Below, piece by piece: positions 34,679 to 36,157 of a stretch of DNA of 36,157 nucleotides (positions are counted from its first letter, which is position 1; each line of letters opens with the position of its first letter). The position numbers and the translations under genes were made by a program. The notes beneath the pieces are model-generated. The model saw only the letters and a program-made list of their open reading frames with translations. It was not told where the DNA came from and made no database searches. Origin of the DNA: Phoronis australis (lineage: Eukaryota; Animalia; Phoronida); assembly GCA_002633005.1 (NCBI GenBank), contig NMRA01001242.1, positions 1 through 36,157 on the forward strand, given 5' to 3'.

Positions 34679-35022
34679 GCCCCAGCCTCTCCGTTAAAGC
34701 TAGTACATCAACTGTTGCAGCTACTCGTACTACTAACTACAACGATAACCAAGTTAGTAATAATTTTGAATTCTGATTCAAAGTGCTTCACGTAATCATC
34801 GAGTCGTACCCGGCCAACTTCGCCCGAGTTGGCAAAACGTAGATGACAGTATCGTGGTCGGTAATTCAATAGTCCTACTTCATTCTCTTTTGTAAATGCA
34901 TGTTCGTACTCATTTTTCCCGTATTCTGAAGGCATGCCGGCAATTTCCATGTGCATGAAATCCAAATAAAGCGTTTCATTACACGGGCGTTGTTTTCGGT
35001 ATAACTGCAACACTGAATGCAT

Positions 35023-35217
35023 CTAATAACGCTCGTAATCACGATCAAGATTTCGTTCGTGTTTTACGACCGAAATCCTTCGTCCATAATTACACTCGTG
35101 ATTACGATTGAGACTTCGCTCGTGTTTCGAGACCGAAATCGTTCGTCCATAAGCACCCCGTGATTACGACGAAGACTTCGCTCGTGTTTTGCCGCTCAAA
35201 TCGCTATATCCAATAAG
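35023..35217. repeat. ~63-bp tandem repeat, 3 diverged copies
   Basis: ...CGTGATTACGA...GACTTCGCTCGTGTTT...GACCGAAATC..TCGTCCATAA recurs about three times. Confidence 0.8.
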
Positions 35218-35280
35218 AAATTGTTTTGTTGGTCACGTAAGCTCTAAATTTTACCATCGTATTTTTCGCTCGTAATTTTA

Positions 35281-35590
35281 GTCATTATATTTAAGTACGA
35301 GTCCACGAAACCACCACTCATTAAATCTATACGCAGTTGATATTGTTTTTATTATTGAAGTGGTTTGTTTGCAAATGTCTTGAATATAGAGTGAGTGATT
35401 TACCACCAACGTTTAGACATTCTACTACACAACCNGTCATTATATTTAAGTACGAGTCCACGAAACCACCACTCATTAAATCTATACGCAGTTGATATTG
35501 TTTTTATTATGGAAGTGGTTTGTTTGCAAATGTCTTGAATATAGAGTGAGTGATTTACCACCAACGTTTAGACATTCTACTACACAACCC
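35281..35590. repeat. ~155-bp tandem duplication split by a single N (probable assembly artefact)
   Basis: GTCATTATATTTAAGTACGAG...CTACACAACC occurs on both sides of the N at 35436, with one visible mismatch. Confidence 0.85.
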
Positions 35591-36157
35591 CCAAAAAGCC
35601 ATTTTGAACCAATGTTTTTTTTCAACGTTATATGTCCTCTGCACGCATTGTTCAGAGTAAGAGAATGAAACTTTGCCTAAATAAATGAAAAAGCATGGTT
35701 ATTTTAATAAACAATGTAAAAGCTTTGTCAGACAGCCTGCTAGATATACATTTTGGAACATCAACATGCACTAAAACGGGCCACTTTCAAGGGCCTGGGA
35801 TAGATAGGGCAACAAATAAAAACATTTCTGTCAATCTTTGATATTTTCCAGCTTCTGTACTTATGCTTTGCACCTGAGGTTATACCTTCTGAATAGTTCA
35901 TAAATTGTGACAAATACGAGCGTGAAATTACGAACGCAAAACTACGATCGAAAAATACAAGTGTAAAATTTGAGTGCAACTTCGTCAGAGCTCACGTAAC
36001 CAATGAACCACGAGCAAAGTCTCGGTGGTAATTACGCGAGACACTTTCACCGGTACGGCCCGCGATGGATTCTGGGCCACATTACATCCGAATTTGAGCT
36101 GCCTTCTTTGCGAGCAACCGTTATGACCTCCTGATTTCTGGTATTACAACCTTCGTC

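Noticed and set aside
34708-35022. 104-aa minus-strand ORF
   Set aside because: No recognisable domain or splice partners, and it is embedded among repeats.
35281-35590. Biological tandem duplication
   Set aside because: The copies abut a single N, typical of unmerged overlapping contig ends or haplotypes.

Overview
Eukaryotic, repeat-rich, intron-containing genomic DNA from a draft assembly with N gaps. It looks like an invertebrate animal, but the species cannot be determined from the sequence. Two host genes can be reconstructed. (1) An intronless gene at 7275-8417 (+) encodes a secreted protein of 4-Cys/aromatic modules separated by Thr/Pro-rich linkers. Its frame continues past a single in-frame TGA into a seventh module that ends at 8729. 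(2) An 11-exon animal-type lipoxygenase (PLAT plus catalytic domain, ~680 aa) runs from ~20169 to 32282 (+). Its iron ligands are intact, but it ends in Ala rather than Ile, one splice acceptor appears mutated (CAG>CAA), and a relic copy of an exon start lies in intron 6. The rest is mostly transposon-derived: hAT-like elements with 8-bp and 5-bp target-site duplications (TSDs), a TTAA-flanked Kolobok-like element with a disabled THAP ORF, two decayed L1/Tx1-type LINEs, many MITEs, a tRNA-derived SINE head and a 290-bp tandem array. A ~600-bp direct repeat brackets almost the whole window (6-611 and 34083-34678). There are no prokaryotic features, CRISPR arrays or rRNA.
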